Assembly (NCBI RefSeq): GCF_009914755.1
Contig: NC_060929.1
Direction: 5' to 3' (one strand)
Source: the human T2T-CHM13v2.0 reference genome, Homo sapiens
Length of the DNA: 64,000 nucleotides
A program made the position numbers and the translations under genes. Below, one piece after another: positions 1-23,838 of the stretch; within the stretch, counting starts at the first letter, position 1; each line of letters opens with the position of its first letter. The notes under the pieces are model-generated. The model searched no databases. It was given only the letters and a program-made list of their open reading frames with translations, and was not told where the DNA came from.

Positions 1-600
1 TGCTGCAGTGGGGGAGCTGATGAGCCCAGCCAGAGAGCAAGGACAGAGTGACACAGAACTGCTTTAGGAACTGCTGTAAACAGCAACAACTCCTTTCTTG
101 GGGCCAAGCCACACTTTAAGATTCATGATGAGGTGGAAGTGTTAGAACGTAAGATAATCAAAGGGCCCTTTGCTGTTCTTGCATTCCCTTTCTCAATGCC
201 ATGCTAAGCGATGTGCAGAAACCACCATACAGTTTTCAGCTCTCTGCCTAAGGTGGTGAAATTTTGGTGCCCAGGCAATTGTGCCCCCCTTAGTTGGCGC
301 AGCTCACTTGGATAAAGGGGGAGATACTCTTAGCCATGACTGGATGGTGAGTTCTAAGAAACTAAGTGTTCTTAACCCTTTTTATCTCCTCTTCTGGAGC
401 AGAAGGGCAGAAAGCATAGTCCCTTGGTGATATCCAACTATAACTCATTTTCCATCTGGGGCACATGTAATAACTCTTAATCATAACTGTCTCATCTCAT
501 CTGAGGCGTGAAGGGCCAACTCCCTTACTATTCTCTGCGTGAAACAGTAAATAGAAAAAAACAAAGTTCCTGGTCAAAGAGGCTTCTCACAGAAATTTAG

Positions 601-1021
<421 letters not shown>

Positions 1022-1964
1022 TAATAGAGTCAAAAACAGAGCTTTAATAGAACATCTACAGTCTGAGGCAGAAGGCAGCATAAGCAGGAAAGGACCATGA
1101 AGGAGGTCAGCAGGCCAAGGGAGTACAATGTTTCCAAGGCCAGGACAGGAACTTAAAAGACAATGTCATCAGAGTCAAACACTGCAGTCATGTAGGGAAC
1201 TGGGGCTGCACACGACGTAAGGACTTCTGGGAGGGAAATGTCCACAGTGTGTGGGGAGTAGAAGTCATGTTACAAGAAGAAATGGTAGAGAAAACAAGTA
1301 TAGACTCTTTAAATATACTTGGCAGTACAGGAAGAACAAGACAGCCGCTTGACTACGAAGGAAGTGCCTCAGGTTAAGGGAGACAGAAGGATGTCTTCAA
1401 AAACAGACATAGCAGAATAGACTTGGGAAAGGCAACCATGGAAGAGGGAAGGCCCATGGAACGGGACTCCAAACAAGGCAATCAAGAGCCCAGAGACCCA
1501 GATTCTGTATGAAGGAAACGGGAGCCCAGAGAGAAACAACAGGAGGCTGAGTAGAAGGAAGCTGAGGGAGTTCTTGTCGCTGTCCTGGATCCCACTGGAC
1601 TAGGGAAAAGGTCGTCACTGGGAGTCAAGAATGATACAAAAAACTTAAAGGGATGAAAACCTGTTCACGCAGAGAACAATGATATAGGAACCAAAAAGAG
1701 TTAAATAGCATACTGCTGGGCGGGACAAAGCATCACCAGTGGTTTTCACGGTCCGTTAAGCACAGTTTGCTGTTTGGTTTGAATAATCCATAACAATATT
1801 CATTTGTCCCAGAGGAAAAAAAAGATACTCAGGGTTGAAGAACAGCGGCCAAAGCCTTTAGAATAGCGGCAAGGACATGAATAAACTGACCAATTATACA
1901 GGTCTTCCTTGAAAAGAAGTGAAGGCAGGGAAGAACAGACTGGGTGAAAAGCCAGGGTAGACAG

Positions 1965-2085
1965 CATGGAGATGTGGAAATGTTCTGGAACAGACTGTGG
2001 TAATGTTTGCACAACACTGAGAATATACTAAATGTCACTATGGGAAGTTTTATGTTATGTGTATTTTACCACAATTTTTAAAGAT
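1965..2085 (+). mobile_element. L1M 3' end fragment
   Basis: GAAATGTTCTGGAA...TTGCACAACACTGAGAATATACTAAATGTCACT...TTTATGTTATGTGTATTTTACCACAA. Confidence 0.65.
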
Positions 2086-2246
2086 TCTGTGAATGAAATG
2101 AAAGATTGACTGTTCATAATCTAGCCCCAAACTATCTCTTCAATCTTAGCTTCCTATGCACCTACTGCAAATTACCTGTTACTATTGATTTGAGTGCTTA
2201 TATGCCAGGTCCTAGAGAAAATGTATGTACATGCAATCTTGCAGAT

Positions 2247-2540
2247 CAGTGGTTCTCAAACTTTTTGATCTTAGACCCCTTCATGTTCTTAAAAATTACT
2301 GAGGACCCTGAAGAGCTTGTGTCTACATAAGCTATAGCTATTGATATTTACCACATTAGAAATTAAAACTGAGAAACTTTTAAATACTAATTCATTTTAA
2401 AACAATAATTACCAATTACCTGTTACTGTAAATAATATTTTCCACCCAAAAACACATAGGAAGATAAACGGCTTTGTTTTATGTTTTTGCAAATCTCTTA
2501 AATATCTGGTTTAAGAGAAAACAGTTTGATGTTCTTATCT
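2247..2540. mobile_element. hAT-Charlie DNA transposon fragment
   Basis: CAGTGGTTCTCAAACTTTTT terminus followed by Charlie-like internal sequence. Confidence 0.6.
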
Positions 2541-2741
2541 CTTAACAACAAAAATAAGCACAGAGAATAAGTGTAAATATGAGTAGGTTCAATAGGAATG
2601 AGAGAAAGAAGAACAAGGTAAAGACAAAGCCAGAGAGGGGCTTACGGACACTCACATCAACTAGTTGTCACATTTTCTGTAAGTCTCTTAAGAGTCAGAG
2701 AAGACACATGCTAAACAGAAAACAGTCCAGATCACCTAAAG

Positions 2742-2968
2742 CAGGGGTTTTCAACCTGCATTTTGTGCCCCCACCCCACCCACGAGGGGACATTTGGCAA
2801 TACCTGGACATATTTGTTGGTTGTCACAACTCACGGGATAGGGGTGCTACTGGCACCTCAGAAAATGCTACTGGCAGTGCTGATGCTATATATTCTACAA
2901 TAACAGCCCCCCACAACAAAGAATTATCTGGCCTAAAATGTCAATAGTGCCTAGGTTAAGAAAGCCTG
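2742..2968. mobile_element. MER20 (hAT-Charlie)
   Basis: GGGGACATTTGGCAAT...GGTTGTCACAAC...GCTACTGGCA...CCCCCACAACAAAGAATTATCTGGCCTAAAATGTCAATAGTGCC. Confidence 0.8.
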
Positions 2969-3324
2969 TCTTAAAGAAAATGAAAAACAAGAGGCTATAG
3001 TGGTACTGTGTACATTTAAAAGGATTGGGTATTCTAGGTTAAGGTACATAATTTCACCGATTCCAAATATAAAATAAATTACCTTTTAATTTGCTTAAGG
3101 CCATTTCTGGTGATCTAAATGTTCCAGTCAAATGAAAATTTTATGTTAAAAGAAAAGAGAGGGAGAAAGAGAGAGAGAGATTGAGGGCTCTATGTTTCCC
3201 GGGTAGATGTATAAATTCCATCTTGTGTAATACTTTTTTGCTGTTCATTCACACAAACTCCACTGTAACTTTTGGGACGTATAAATATGGGAAGAACTAA
3301 TGAAGTGAGAACACGTTCTCACAG

Positions 3325-3626
3325 TTTTCTTTTCTTTTCTTTCTGAGACAGAGTCTTACTCTGTTGCCCAGGCTACAGTGCAGTGGCACGATCACAGTTC
3401 ACTGCAGCTTCGAACTCCTGGCTCAAGGGATCCTCCCACCTCAGACGCCAGAGTAGCTGGGACTATGGGCATGTGCCACCTTACCAGGCTAATTTAAAAA
3501 AATTTTTTGTAGAGATGGAGTCTCGCTTTGTCGCCCAGGCTGATCTCAAACTCCCAGGTTCAAGCGATCTGCCTGCCTCGGTCTCCCAACGTGCTGGGAT
3601 TATAGGCGTGAGCCACTACGCCCTGC
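3325..3626 (-). mobile_element. AluJ
   Basis: dimeric Alu with J-type diagnostics. Confidence 0.85.
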
Positions 3627-3879
3627 ATTTCCCACAGTTTCTATCAAAGTAATGCCTCAGGCTCCTCACTCGAATCTTATCAGAACATTTGCTACTTCTC
3701 AGGCCCAAGGCCTGGCTAGAATGCAGAGTATCTACATTTCATATACTGCAGGGATGGAGAAGCAGCCTATTCCTACATATGTGAACAGTTCACCTCTGTT
3801 TCTTCCCACAGAGCATATCCTCTTTTCTAGACCCCTCTATGAAAGACTGAAAGATAGAGACTCTCATTTTCATTCCTCT

Positions 3880-4800
<921 letters not shown>

Positions 4801-5408
4801 ATATGGGAGTGACCCTTTTGGTGAACCAGCTGTGCACACAGCACAGCACTTATTTATAATTCTCATTCCTTACTAAATACCCTGCAGGCCTGGCAATTCC
4901 CAACCACCAATTAGAAACCGGAGTAACTGCCAGAGTCTTGCTTTCTTTGATCAGTGACACATTAAATATGGCTCCAATCCCACTCTATTCTGTGAAAACT
5001 AAGCAGCACTCCATGTTGTCTCTGGGAGAAAACACCACCATGCCCATACAAAGATTAACAGTGTGGGCCAAAAAGAAGCTTAAATCCTACTACCCTTGGC
5101 GTGCTTTGGCTCAGGTTCAAAATGACTTAGTGTTAAACCGGGCTTGCTTTCAACACCAGACAGATCTATGATCCTCTTAAAGCTCTGTTCATGTCTCTTC
5201 TAAAAACTCAAGTGCATTTGTGAAAACTTTAGAACTCTGTCCCAATGACCTTTAACAGACTCTTCTAGGGAGTCCCTAAGATATTTCTGGATTGTTCTTG
5301 GACTGAAAACAAACTCTAGAACAAAAGCCAAGGGCTTTCAGTAGGATCATTTTGCCAGGATAGACCAATGCACAACCCACACCTTTCAGGGTTCCCAGAT
5401 GCACTTAC

Positions 5409-5484
5409 TGGTATGCCATGACCCTGAAAGCGCTGCACATTCTCTTCAGGAAGAGGGGTGGGGACAACAAAGTATGCTGGCAAT
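5409..5484 (-). CDS. MTMR12: MTMR12 exon 8 (R-LPAYFVVPTPLPEENVQRFQGHGIP), 76 nt; next exon lies outside the window
   Basis: acceptor tttcttctag|A, donor CCA|gtaagt; peptide visible in ORF 5316..5507. Confidence 0.95.
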
Positions 5485-5929
5485 CTAGAAGAAAGAAATG
5501 TCATCAAGTTTTAGTACAACACTTAATTCACAAAATATGAAAGCTCAACTTCAATGGATACGATGAATACAAGCAGAGTGTTAAGCAGATGGGACCATAT
5601 TTCCCTGTTCAGAACCAGCTCAGAGGAACTGCTGCTTTCGGTGTGGCGTGAAGTACTCTGGACAAATCAGTGGGGAATCTAAGTTCAAACTGTGGCTCTG
5701 CCTGCAATTCTGTACAACCCCAGGTAAGTTATTCTACCTCTCTGGGTCTGTTTCCTCTTTCAAAAATGAGGGGATAGGAAAATATGATACCTAAAAGCAT
5801 CGAATTCTGAAATTGGGAGTATTGTTCTCATATAGTAGCCATATAAGCACCTGTGTTGTTTTCAGTTAAACTAATAGGAAAAACAGTAATTATGAGGTTT
5901 GCTGCCCAGACATTTTATCAAGTGCTCTG

Positions 5930-6190
5930 ACAAGAACATTTAAGTGCTACTGTGTACCAACCACTGTTCTAATTACTTAACACCTCTTATCTAATATACT
6001 TACCAATAAGTACTGAACATTACTTATCGATTTAATCTTCCCAACAATTCTATGAGATATGTAATATTATTTCCATCTTACAGATAAAGAAACTGAGACA
6101 CTATTCTGCTAAGACTCTTCCCTGGTTACACAACTAGTTAGCACACAGTGCAGCTGGGACCTGAACCCAAGCATTGGGACTTCAACTTCT
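5930..6190. mobile_element. MIR
   Basis: core CATCTTACAGATAAAGAAACTGAGAC...GGGACCTGAACCCA. Confidence 0.75.
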
Positions 6191-6717
6191 ATAGGAGAAA
6201 ATTTAGTCTCTAAAAAGAACAAACTTGTTAAGTAGTAGGACATGGTAGAATGAAAGATCAAAATTACTTGGGGACATCATCTCTCAGGCAGCAGATGTAG
6301 GTTTCTGTTAACAAGAAAACTGCCTAAGTTTCTATCACTGTGAAGCTATAAGAATCTGTAAGCATCTTTCCCTCAAAGAGCTTGAAATAAAGCCTCACAA
6401 GAAATAAGGTGCTTATGGTGTTAAGTTACAATGGAAAATAATCAATGGCATTTGTATGCATGCTGCATGTGTGATGTAGATCAGTTCATAGGAGATGGGG
6501 CAACAAATAAATATCACCACGGGGATGTGATCATCAAAACCCAGGCTGTGGAAAACTGTCAGTCAAGTTTCTTCAACATATTGCAAGAAAAATATGATGG
6601 CTTGAAAATCTATAGATGAAGCAATTTAACAAACCTACCAATCTCATTTAATCTTGATTACTTTTAAAAAAAGATTAAAAAGATGACAGAGAAAGGGTTT
6701 AAAAATTTGTAAGACAC

Positions 6718-7932
<1,215 letters not shown>

Positions 7933-8094
7933 CTAATGGTCACTAAGACACTTCAAACCATCAAAACTGTGAAGAATGTTTGCCTTCTGAAGTTCTGAAG
8001 TACTTGAAATATTTTCTTATAAGTCTGACTGAATGGGTGACTGGTAAGGCATCCCTTTTTCAGGTGTAGTCATTGAAGTAAAAACCTCTCCACA

Positions 8095-8400
8095 GATCAA
8101 CTGCTCTTAAACTCAGGCTGCTCATTCAAATCAAGTGGGAAGATTAAAAGATTACCAATGTCCAGGCTCCATCCAAGAACTATTAAATCAGAAGCTTAAA
8201 AGCTCTCCAGGTAAGCAGTTGGGATGAACACTGTTGTTCCAGAAGATCCTGCTACTCACAGTTTCAGCAGCATGACCTGGAAGCTGATGAGGACTGCAGA
8301 CGCTCTAGCCTCCCCCAACCTACTGAGTCAGATTCTGAATATTAGACAAGAGCCTCCAGCGATTAGACACACATTAAATGGAGACGCACTGCTCTAGATG
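8095..8400. mobile_element. MER5A-like fragments
   Basis: CCTACTGAGTCAGATTCTG...ACAAGAGCCTCCAG motifs. Confidence 0.55.
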
Positions 8401-9219
8401 GTAGCTTACAAACAGGCCACTGTTTCTCAACCTTTTCAGGACAGTCATCTGTGCAGTTGTTTAAACCAGATCCTGAGCTCCTTCCTCAGTGGCTCATGCT
8501 ATAAAGCTGGACTGGGGCCCCATGGTTTTAAAAAATTTCCATGTCTTCCCCAACTAGTGAGGTTGAATATTTTACACTGTTAGTTCATCGGTGAGTTTTC
8601 TTATAGATGGTCTTTCACAAAAAAAAAAAAAAAAAAAAAGTCAGAACCAAATGTATTGGCAAATATCCCATCCATCACCGAGCAGAGAAGGCTGTACAGA
8701 GACGAAGAGCACTGCAGTCAGTGAGAGGTGTGGAGGGTGTCCTCTCCTGACCACTTAATTCCAGGTGGATTCCATGGAGTCCCCACTGTGACATTCCCAT
8801 TGGACACAAGCAATCAATCCTCCCTCCTTGGAAAGCAGTCATTTCAGTCATTAAGATGAGCTTAGAACACAAAGTAAACAGTTCCTGCAAATACCAGATG
8901 ACTTTACTCATGGAAAATTGTGTATCTACTCAGGCACAACCTCCCAGAACAGCAATGTCTTCCTGTGCCAGCAACAGCTCCTAGGTCCCTCTGTGTGGTA
9001 CACACTCCACAGGGCCACATACCATCCTATGCGTTTACAGGGAAGTGGGATGGGAGAAAGGTTTGTTAGGAGGAGAATGAAAAAGAGAAGGAAGAGACCT
9101 GTGGTACCAGAACAGCCAGCTCTGACCTTGTGGGAAAGTGAAGTAGACAGTTCCTTGTTCTTACCCAAACTGACGCAGGTCCCCCTCTAAATACAAATGG
9201 GGCTTTTCCTTCTGTCTCC

Positions 9220-11480
<2,261 letters not shown>

Positions 11481-11506
11481 AAGTGCTCAATAAAAGGGAA
11501 GAAAAA

Positions 11507-12808
<1,302 letters not shown>

Positions 12809-12828
12809 GCCCAGCATGGAAAGCTTAC

Positions 12829-12958
12829 CTCTCACAGACTTTATAGCCTTCGTTGACACTCACTGCTTTGTACTTCATGTTGCCTTTGGTCCGTTCCAGT
12901 TCCCAACACCAGTCCTTAAGTGTGTCAAACATTACGGTATGGTTCTTGGGATCAGTGA
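12829..12958 (-). CDS. MTMR12: MTMR12 exon 7 (VTDPKNHTVMFDTLKDWCWELERTKGNMKYKAVSVNEGYKVCE-R), 130 nt
   Basis: acceptor gttctcttag|TC, donor GAGAG|gtaagc; start of the myotubularin phosphatase-like domain (NxxYxxC). Confidence 0.95.
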
Positions 12959-13148
12959 CTAAGAGAACAAAATGTAAAAGACAATAAAATCTTTCCATGA
13001 AGCACTGGTGCTTTTATTATGTGAAAGTCCCTCCTTAGGTTTTGGTTTCCTCCACTAAGCCCATTTTTATCCAAGCAGAATGAATTGATTGCTTAATCCT
13101 AACCTTGTTCCATTTTTTGTCATTAATCCAAAATTATGACTGAGTCTC

Positions 13149-14474
<1,326 letters not shown>

Positions 14475-16121
14475 TATATTACATTTTATTAACTCAATCC
14501 TCACAACCCTATAGAATAGATAATACAATAGGTAAGATCATTTCCTCCATTTTACAGATATAGCACAGAAAGGTCAAGTAACTTGCCTACGTCACAAAGC
14601 TAGGCAATGATGGAACTGGGATTCAAACCCAGGAAACTATAAAAGAAATTTCCATAAAGTTCTAATCCTGCCCCTCCAAACCCCACCAAAAAAAAAAAAA
14701 TCCCCATGGATATAAGGTAGTAACAACATTCCCATTTACCACAGTAGGCCATCTTCTAGGCAATGCAAGGAAGTCCTTCCCTAAAATGCCATGTCATAAA
14801 CATTTAGGACCTTCCAACCAAAACACATTTGTGAATTATGAAGCCAGGGAATAATTAAAGGTATTCAAATTGCGAAACACCCACCTCTACAAACCCCTAT
14901 TCAATGAAAAAGCTATTTGGTCAATTAGCATCTACGAGTTATAACCTTTACTTCTCAAAACAAATGAGGGCTGGAAGGAAGTAGAAGAAGAGTGGAATTA
15001 AATCAGAATAAAAGATGCTATTAATACATATCCTGGGCCTCTGGCACAAAAAGCCACCAGAAGGTAATGAAACTGCCAAGGTCGATCAAGGTAAGGGTTT
15101 TGGCATGCTAATCCACATATGTTGGCAGGCCGAGAAAGTGTCCTATGCTGGGTACAGAACAAAAATCAGGATACAAGGAAAATCAGAATTCCTGAAAATA
15201 GATATGATTTTGCAAATGTGCACTCAATAAATGTTTATACAAATTATAGCAATCAACAAGTCATATTTGTATATGTCATATTGCCACAAACTCTAAGACA
15301 GCACCCAGTTAATCAGCACTTGTATATATAGTTGCAGTAAAAATCTGTCATTCACAAAGATAAACTGAATGAATTAAGGGATAAATTTTATGTTCAACCT
15401 AATATTACTGGGAAGTGTATTTTATGTCAGTGTAATTCTCTAAGCATAATCTGTCCTCAATAATATGCAGTTTTACTCTTAATTAATTCCCAATTAATGA
15501 CTGCACCTTATGTGCCATCCACTAACAATTTATAATTCTCACAAGACTTATTGCTGCTATTTTTAAAATAAGAAAGCAGAGGTTTTCTTATTTTAACAGA
15601 GTTAAGTGTCATCCCCAGGATCACACAGCTGGAAAACAGCAAGGCCAGGATTTGAACACAGGTCAAATGGACACCAAAATCTATCTATACCTTTTCTATG
15701 AAATCACCATAGCTCCCAAAATGCAGCATGCTCTCTGAGATAGCCACATCTCTATACACGCCAATCCCTCTGCCCAAAATACTCCTTTAAGCCTACCAGA
15801 TGCTCCACTATCTGCTAAGGCCCAGACTTTTCCCCTCGATAGTCCACCCTCCCCCAGAGGGTGGGCGCCTCCACAGAGGACACATCACTCAGCTTCCTCT
15901 CCTATATGACTTTACGTTTTTGTTTTGTTTTGTTTTGTTTTTTAACTTTACGCTTCTTGAGGGCAAGGATTTAGTCCTGTTTATCTCCATATACCCACAG
16001 AACCCGGCTTACAGCAAGCAGTCAATACATATTTACTAAAAGAATGGATAGTGACAAAGCAACTCTGCCTTCCAGAAAGCCTTATGACAAAGCCTTGTGT
16101 GCTTTTTAAAAGAAACTGCTA

Positions 16122-18240
<2,119 letters not shown>

Positions 18241-18416
18241 GATCACAGGAAAGAAAATGTAGATATCTAAATGAATCACTCAAGCAAGGGGTGACCAATT
18301 GGTAGAGGAGACAGGAAAAAACAAAACAACCCATAGATGTGTTCTCCCCCACTGGCTTCAGGTGGGAATTGGAAGGCTTCTGCTTACCCTCAAATTAGAA
18401 CCCAGAAGATATTTAC

Positions 18417-18510
18417 CTGTATTGTTTTGTGCAGCAGTCGCATAGGAAAACAGAAATAATCGTTTAAGCAGTTTAGGAGCCTGGGTATGATGAATTATGC
18501 CACTGACAAT
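18417..18510 (-). CDS. MTMR12: MTMR12 exon 6 (IVSGIIHHTQAPKLLKRLFLFSYATAAQNNT-V), 94 nt
   Basis: acceptor tcttttttag|ATT, donor ACAG|gtaaat; LFLFSY motif. Confidence 0.95.
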
Positions 18511-18710
18511 CTAAAAAAGAATCGAACAATGGATATAGTTATGGTTTTGACAGATAAACACTAACAAAGACAAGAGTCAAGGTGTCTAAGTTCTTAGTCA
18601 TGCCAAAGGGGTTCCAATGGACAACATATTAATTCTCATTTGAGATCTGTATCTATGACATTAGCTTTTTGGAATAATGGCAAATCAACAGGATGCTAAC
18701 CATTTTGTGA

Positions 18711-19320
<610 letters not shown>

Positions 19321-19877
19321 CAGTGTGTCAGGTTTTCTAAGAACTCTGAATTTCTAGGGAAAATTTTAAAACATAGTCTAATTTCTCAAAAGCAAAGTGC
19401 TAAAAAACGTAAGTGCCACATTAAGTCAGATACTCCAAAACTCTGACATGTCAAAGACTTACAGCTGATATTGGATTATAACCAAGACACAGCTGTTCTG
19501 ATCCATTGTTGAGGCCTTTAGGATCTTCTTATGGAAGATAAGGGAAAGAAATCAATCTATCACGCTGTTTCGTGTGAAACTAAAGTATATTTGGTTAAGT
19601 GACTAAAACCATTGTTCAAATTGAAGTTTCTGCCTTCTCAGGAAATTTTCTATATCTATACTCTTTTGTTGCTCAGAATAGATATCAGTTATGTTTATTA
19701 TTCTAACTGAACTACCACACTACTTAAAGGAAATTAAGGAGTTACCACTAAGTGTGCAAACTCACTGCAGCCAAGACAGTATACATGAACAGGCCTCCTG
19801 ATAGGTTTCCCCTGATGTATTTATACCATCAGAGGGAAAAGTCTGAGATCAATATCTTAGTAAGAGAAATCTTGGAT

Positions 19878-19940
19878 ACCACTGGACTTCAGCCGGGGTG
19901 ACAGAGTGAGACTCGGTCTCAAAAAAAAAAGAAAAAAAAA
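19878..19940 (+). mobile_element. Severely 5'-truncated Alu (about 45 nt plus tail)
   Basis: Alu 3' end flanked by TSD AAATCTTGGA (19868-19877 and 19938-19947). Confidence 0.8.
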
Positions 19941-20532
19941 TCTTGGAAATTACAACAAACATCAAATTGATACAACCACTTTCTGAGTTCACCTAGTTGC
20001 ATATCTCAACTTGCTGTGGCGACCAGGAGATTATGTTTATTTAGTCTCTAAAAGCATGTCTGATTATTTGGCTTTGCTCATCTGACCTGTGTACTTCCTC
20101 CTTTCCATGCACAACTACTACCTCCCAGAGGTAAACTCATTTACTCATAGAAGTTGGAATTCTCCAACACTACTGTCTTTTGGAAAGACTGTCAGAGGTG
20201 GGAGAATAGGGATAAACTTTTAGCTGTCTCATCCTTTCTTCATTTTCCCCTACCGCCTCCTGACCTGGTTTACCACCTCCCACCATTTAGTGGCTCCAGG
20301 AATAAAAACATTATGAATTGAAGTATTAAAGGTAGCATGTGCCAAGATGATACACAGGCATGCTTTATCAAATTACTTTTCACGTTCTAATCAAAGAATA
20401 TGGGATTACAACCAATTTCAAGTTCACAGAGTGAAAGCCTCCCCTCAACCTTCATGCAACGTAAGCAAAAACTAGAGCTAGTGGGGAAAACCTGATGGGA
20501 AATAAAACCTAAAAACACATGCAACTAGTTAC

Positions 20533-20663
20533 CCTTTTGACTTCCTCTTCCTTTGTGTACCTCAGACAAAACTGGAACACTCGAAGGTCTTTGCAGTGGA
20601 TGATGAGCTTCTCAGGGTATTTCTTCAGTTGTCCAAAGAGAGTTTTCTTTTTCTCATCAAACA
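20533..20663 (-). CDS. MTMR12: MTMR12 exon 5 (VFDEKKKTLFGQLKKYPEKLIIHCKDLRVFQFCLRYTKEEEVKR), 131 nt
   Basis: acceptor tctgtag|TG, donor AGG|gtaact; IHCKDLR is a myotubularin PH-GRAM motif. Confidence 0.95.
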
Positions 20664-21548
20664 CTACAGATCAGCAATGAAATCAGGAAGGGAAATTATG
20701 TTACACAGCAATAAGTGAATGCTAAAGAAATGAAGTAGATGATCAACTTCTAGGGATACTTCCCAAGAATGAGAGGAAAGGTGCTGCCTGACTTTTAAGT
20801 GACTGCCAAAGGAAGCCCAATCTCTTCCAGCAGGGGCCCTGGCTCTCTGAGAGCAGTCAGCGTGCTTCACTCCTCTGGAGTAAGCACAAGAACAGACTGG
20901 CCACTGTTGGCAGAACTGATTCCAGTGGCCCAAAGAAAACCCACTCTGAAAGTTGAGCTTATAAAAGATGAAAGGGAAATGACTAGAGACATGCTTTCAT
21001 GACAGTCAACTCCTGGGTTTACAGCTAGGACCCCTGCTGAGACCCCCTACTGTCCCAGAATGTGGACCCACTCAGCACCTAGTAGTCTGGAGAACATCAT
21101 AAATGATCACTGAATGATTTCTGAAGATGCCCCGAATACAAAAACATTCGGAAGTGGAACAGAGAGAGGCTTGGCAGGAGAGGCTTGTTTAGTCAGCAGA
21201 AAAGACATCTTAATGCAATACAACAGACCTTTTTATCAGAGCAGCCTATAAAGTAAAACCTACACAGCTAACTCTGATATCAAAAAGTCTGATCAACATC
21301 TAGCATATAATGGTGTCGTGTGAAGTATTAAAAAGAACAGGTTCCAAGTTCAGGTCCAAACTCCTCTAGCTAAGTGACCTTATATAAACCACTTTACATC
21401 TCAATTTTAGCATCTATAAAACAGATTTAAACAAGATGATATATGTGAAAAAATTTTTAAAAATTATAAATGGTCATAAAAATATTATTATCATTATCAC
21501 CTATACTCTCAAAGGTTGCCAACACCCCAGGGAAAAACAGATACTTAC

Positions 21549-21621
21549 CTCCATAAATCTGATCAACACAGTGGAGTGTAATGTCATTTTCTCCTATAAC
21601 CTTATTCTTAAATTGAGTTTC
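21549..21621 (-). CDS. MTMR12: MTMR12 exon 4 (ETQFKNKVIGENDITLHCVDQIYG-V), 73 nt
   Basis: acceptor tcttctag|GAA, donor GGAG|gtaagt; phases consistent. Confidence 0.95.
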
Positions 21622-21725
21622 CTAGAAGATTCAAAAGGAAACAACTGTGACTCCTCTGCATACTGTTAGACATTTATAGGCAGAGTAAATCACCATTCTC
21701 TACTTGGATATTAAGAAAAATGGGG

Positions 21726-23125
<1,400 letters not shown>

Positions 23126-23422
23126 AGAGTGAACCCAAATTCAAAGGCTGCATTCACCATCGGTTTCATTACTGAACTCAGTTCCTGGGTTTAAGGAAGA
23201 GCTTAGTATAGAGAAAACGTGGGGAACTAGTATATTTGGAAGATGTTATTCCAGTGAGTGATATATATTGCACTGAAATACAGAAGAAAATTGAAAGTTG
23301 ACACATGAGGTCAAAAGTAAGCCAGTATGACATGAGGCACGGGTGAGAAATTTCTTAACGGTCCTGCCACGGAAAGGAGACCCTGAACGACAGAGAGCAG
23401 GCCAGTGATGAGAAGGACTCCG

Positions 23423-23693
23423 TCCTTTGTGTGTATTTATGTGGGGTGGTGGGGAGGGTGGGGATGATGGGAAGTGGAGTAACTGAGTAGCTGGGGGAAA
23501 AAAGACAACAGAGCTATTTTACAACTGTGCTATTCCCCCCAAACTTCACCAAATGCAGTTCATACATTCAGGATTTCTGTCCTTTGTGTTTATGTGTGTT
23601 AGGGGGTAGAGTAACTGAGAAGCTGGGAAAAAAAGACAACGGAACCACAACCACACTGTTGCCCACAAACTCTGCCAAATGCAGCCCATACAT
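23423..23693. repeat. Diverged tandem duplication (two copies, 23423-23567 and 23580-23693) abutting the exon 3 donor
   Basis: shared blocks TCCTTTGTGT, GAGTAACTGAG-AGCTGGG-AAAAAAGACAAC, CAAACT--CCAAATGCAG--CATACAT. Confidence 0.8.
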
Positions 23694-23695
23694 AC

Positions 23696-23838
23696 ATCAT
23701 TATCCAATGCAGATTCATCATCACCCAAGAAGGCAATCTTGAAGTCTGTGCAGACAAGCCTCCCATAGACCCCATGCTGACAGGAATCTTCCTGGACATA
23801 CTTCAGTACTGTGCTGGCTTCACAAAGCAGCTGTTCAC
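23696..23838 (-). CDS. MTMR12: MTMR12 exon 3 (GEQLLCEASTVLKYVQEDSCQHGVYGRLVCTDFKIAFLGDDESALDND), 143 nt, PH-GRAM region
   Basis: acceptor ttctaccag|GT, donor GAT|gtatgt; LLPGE...GRLVCTDFKI is a myotubularin PH-GRAM signature; peptide visible in ORF 23546..23941. Confidence 0.96.

Noticed and set aside
8618-8639. Orphan poly(A) runs (here and at 53540-53561) as retrocopy tails
   Set aside because: No recognisable body or TSD; the second may be a minimal Alu 3' end but cannot be supported.
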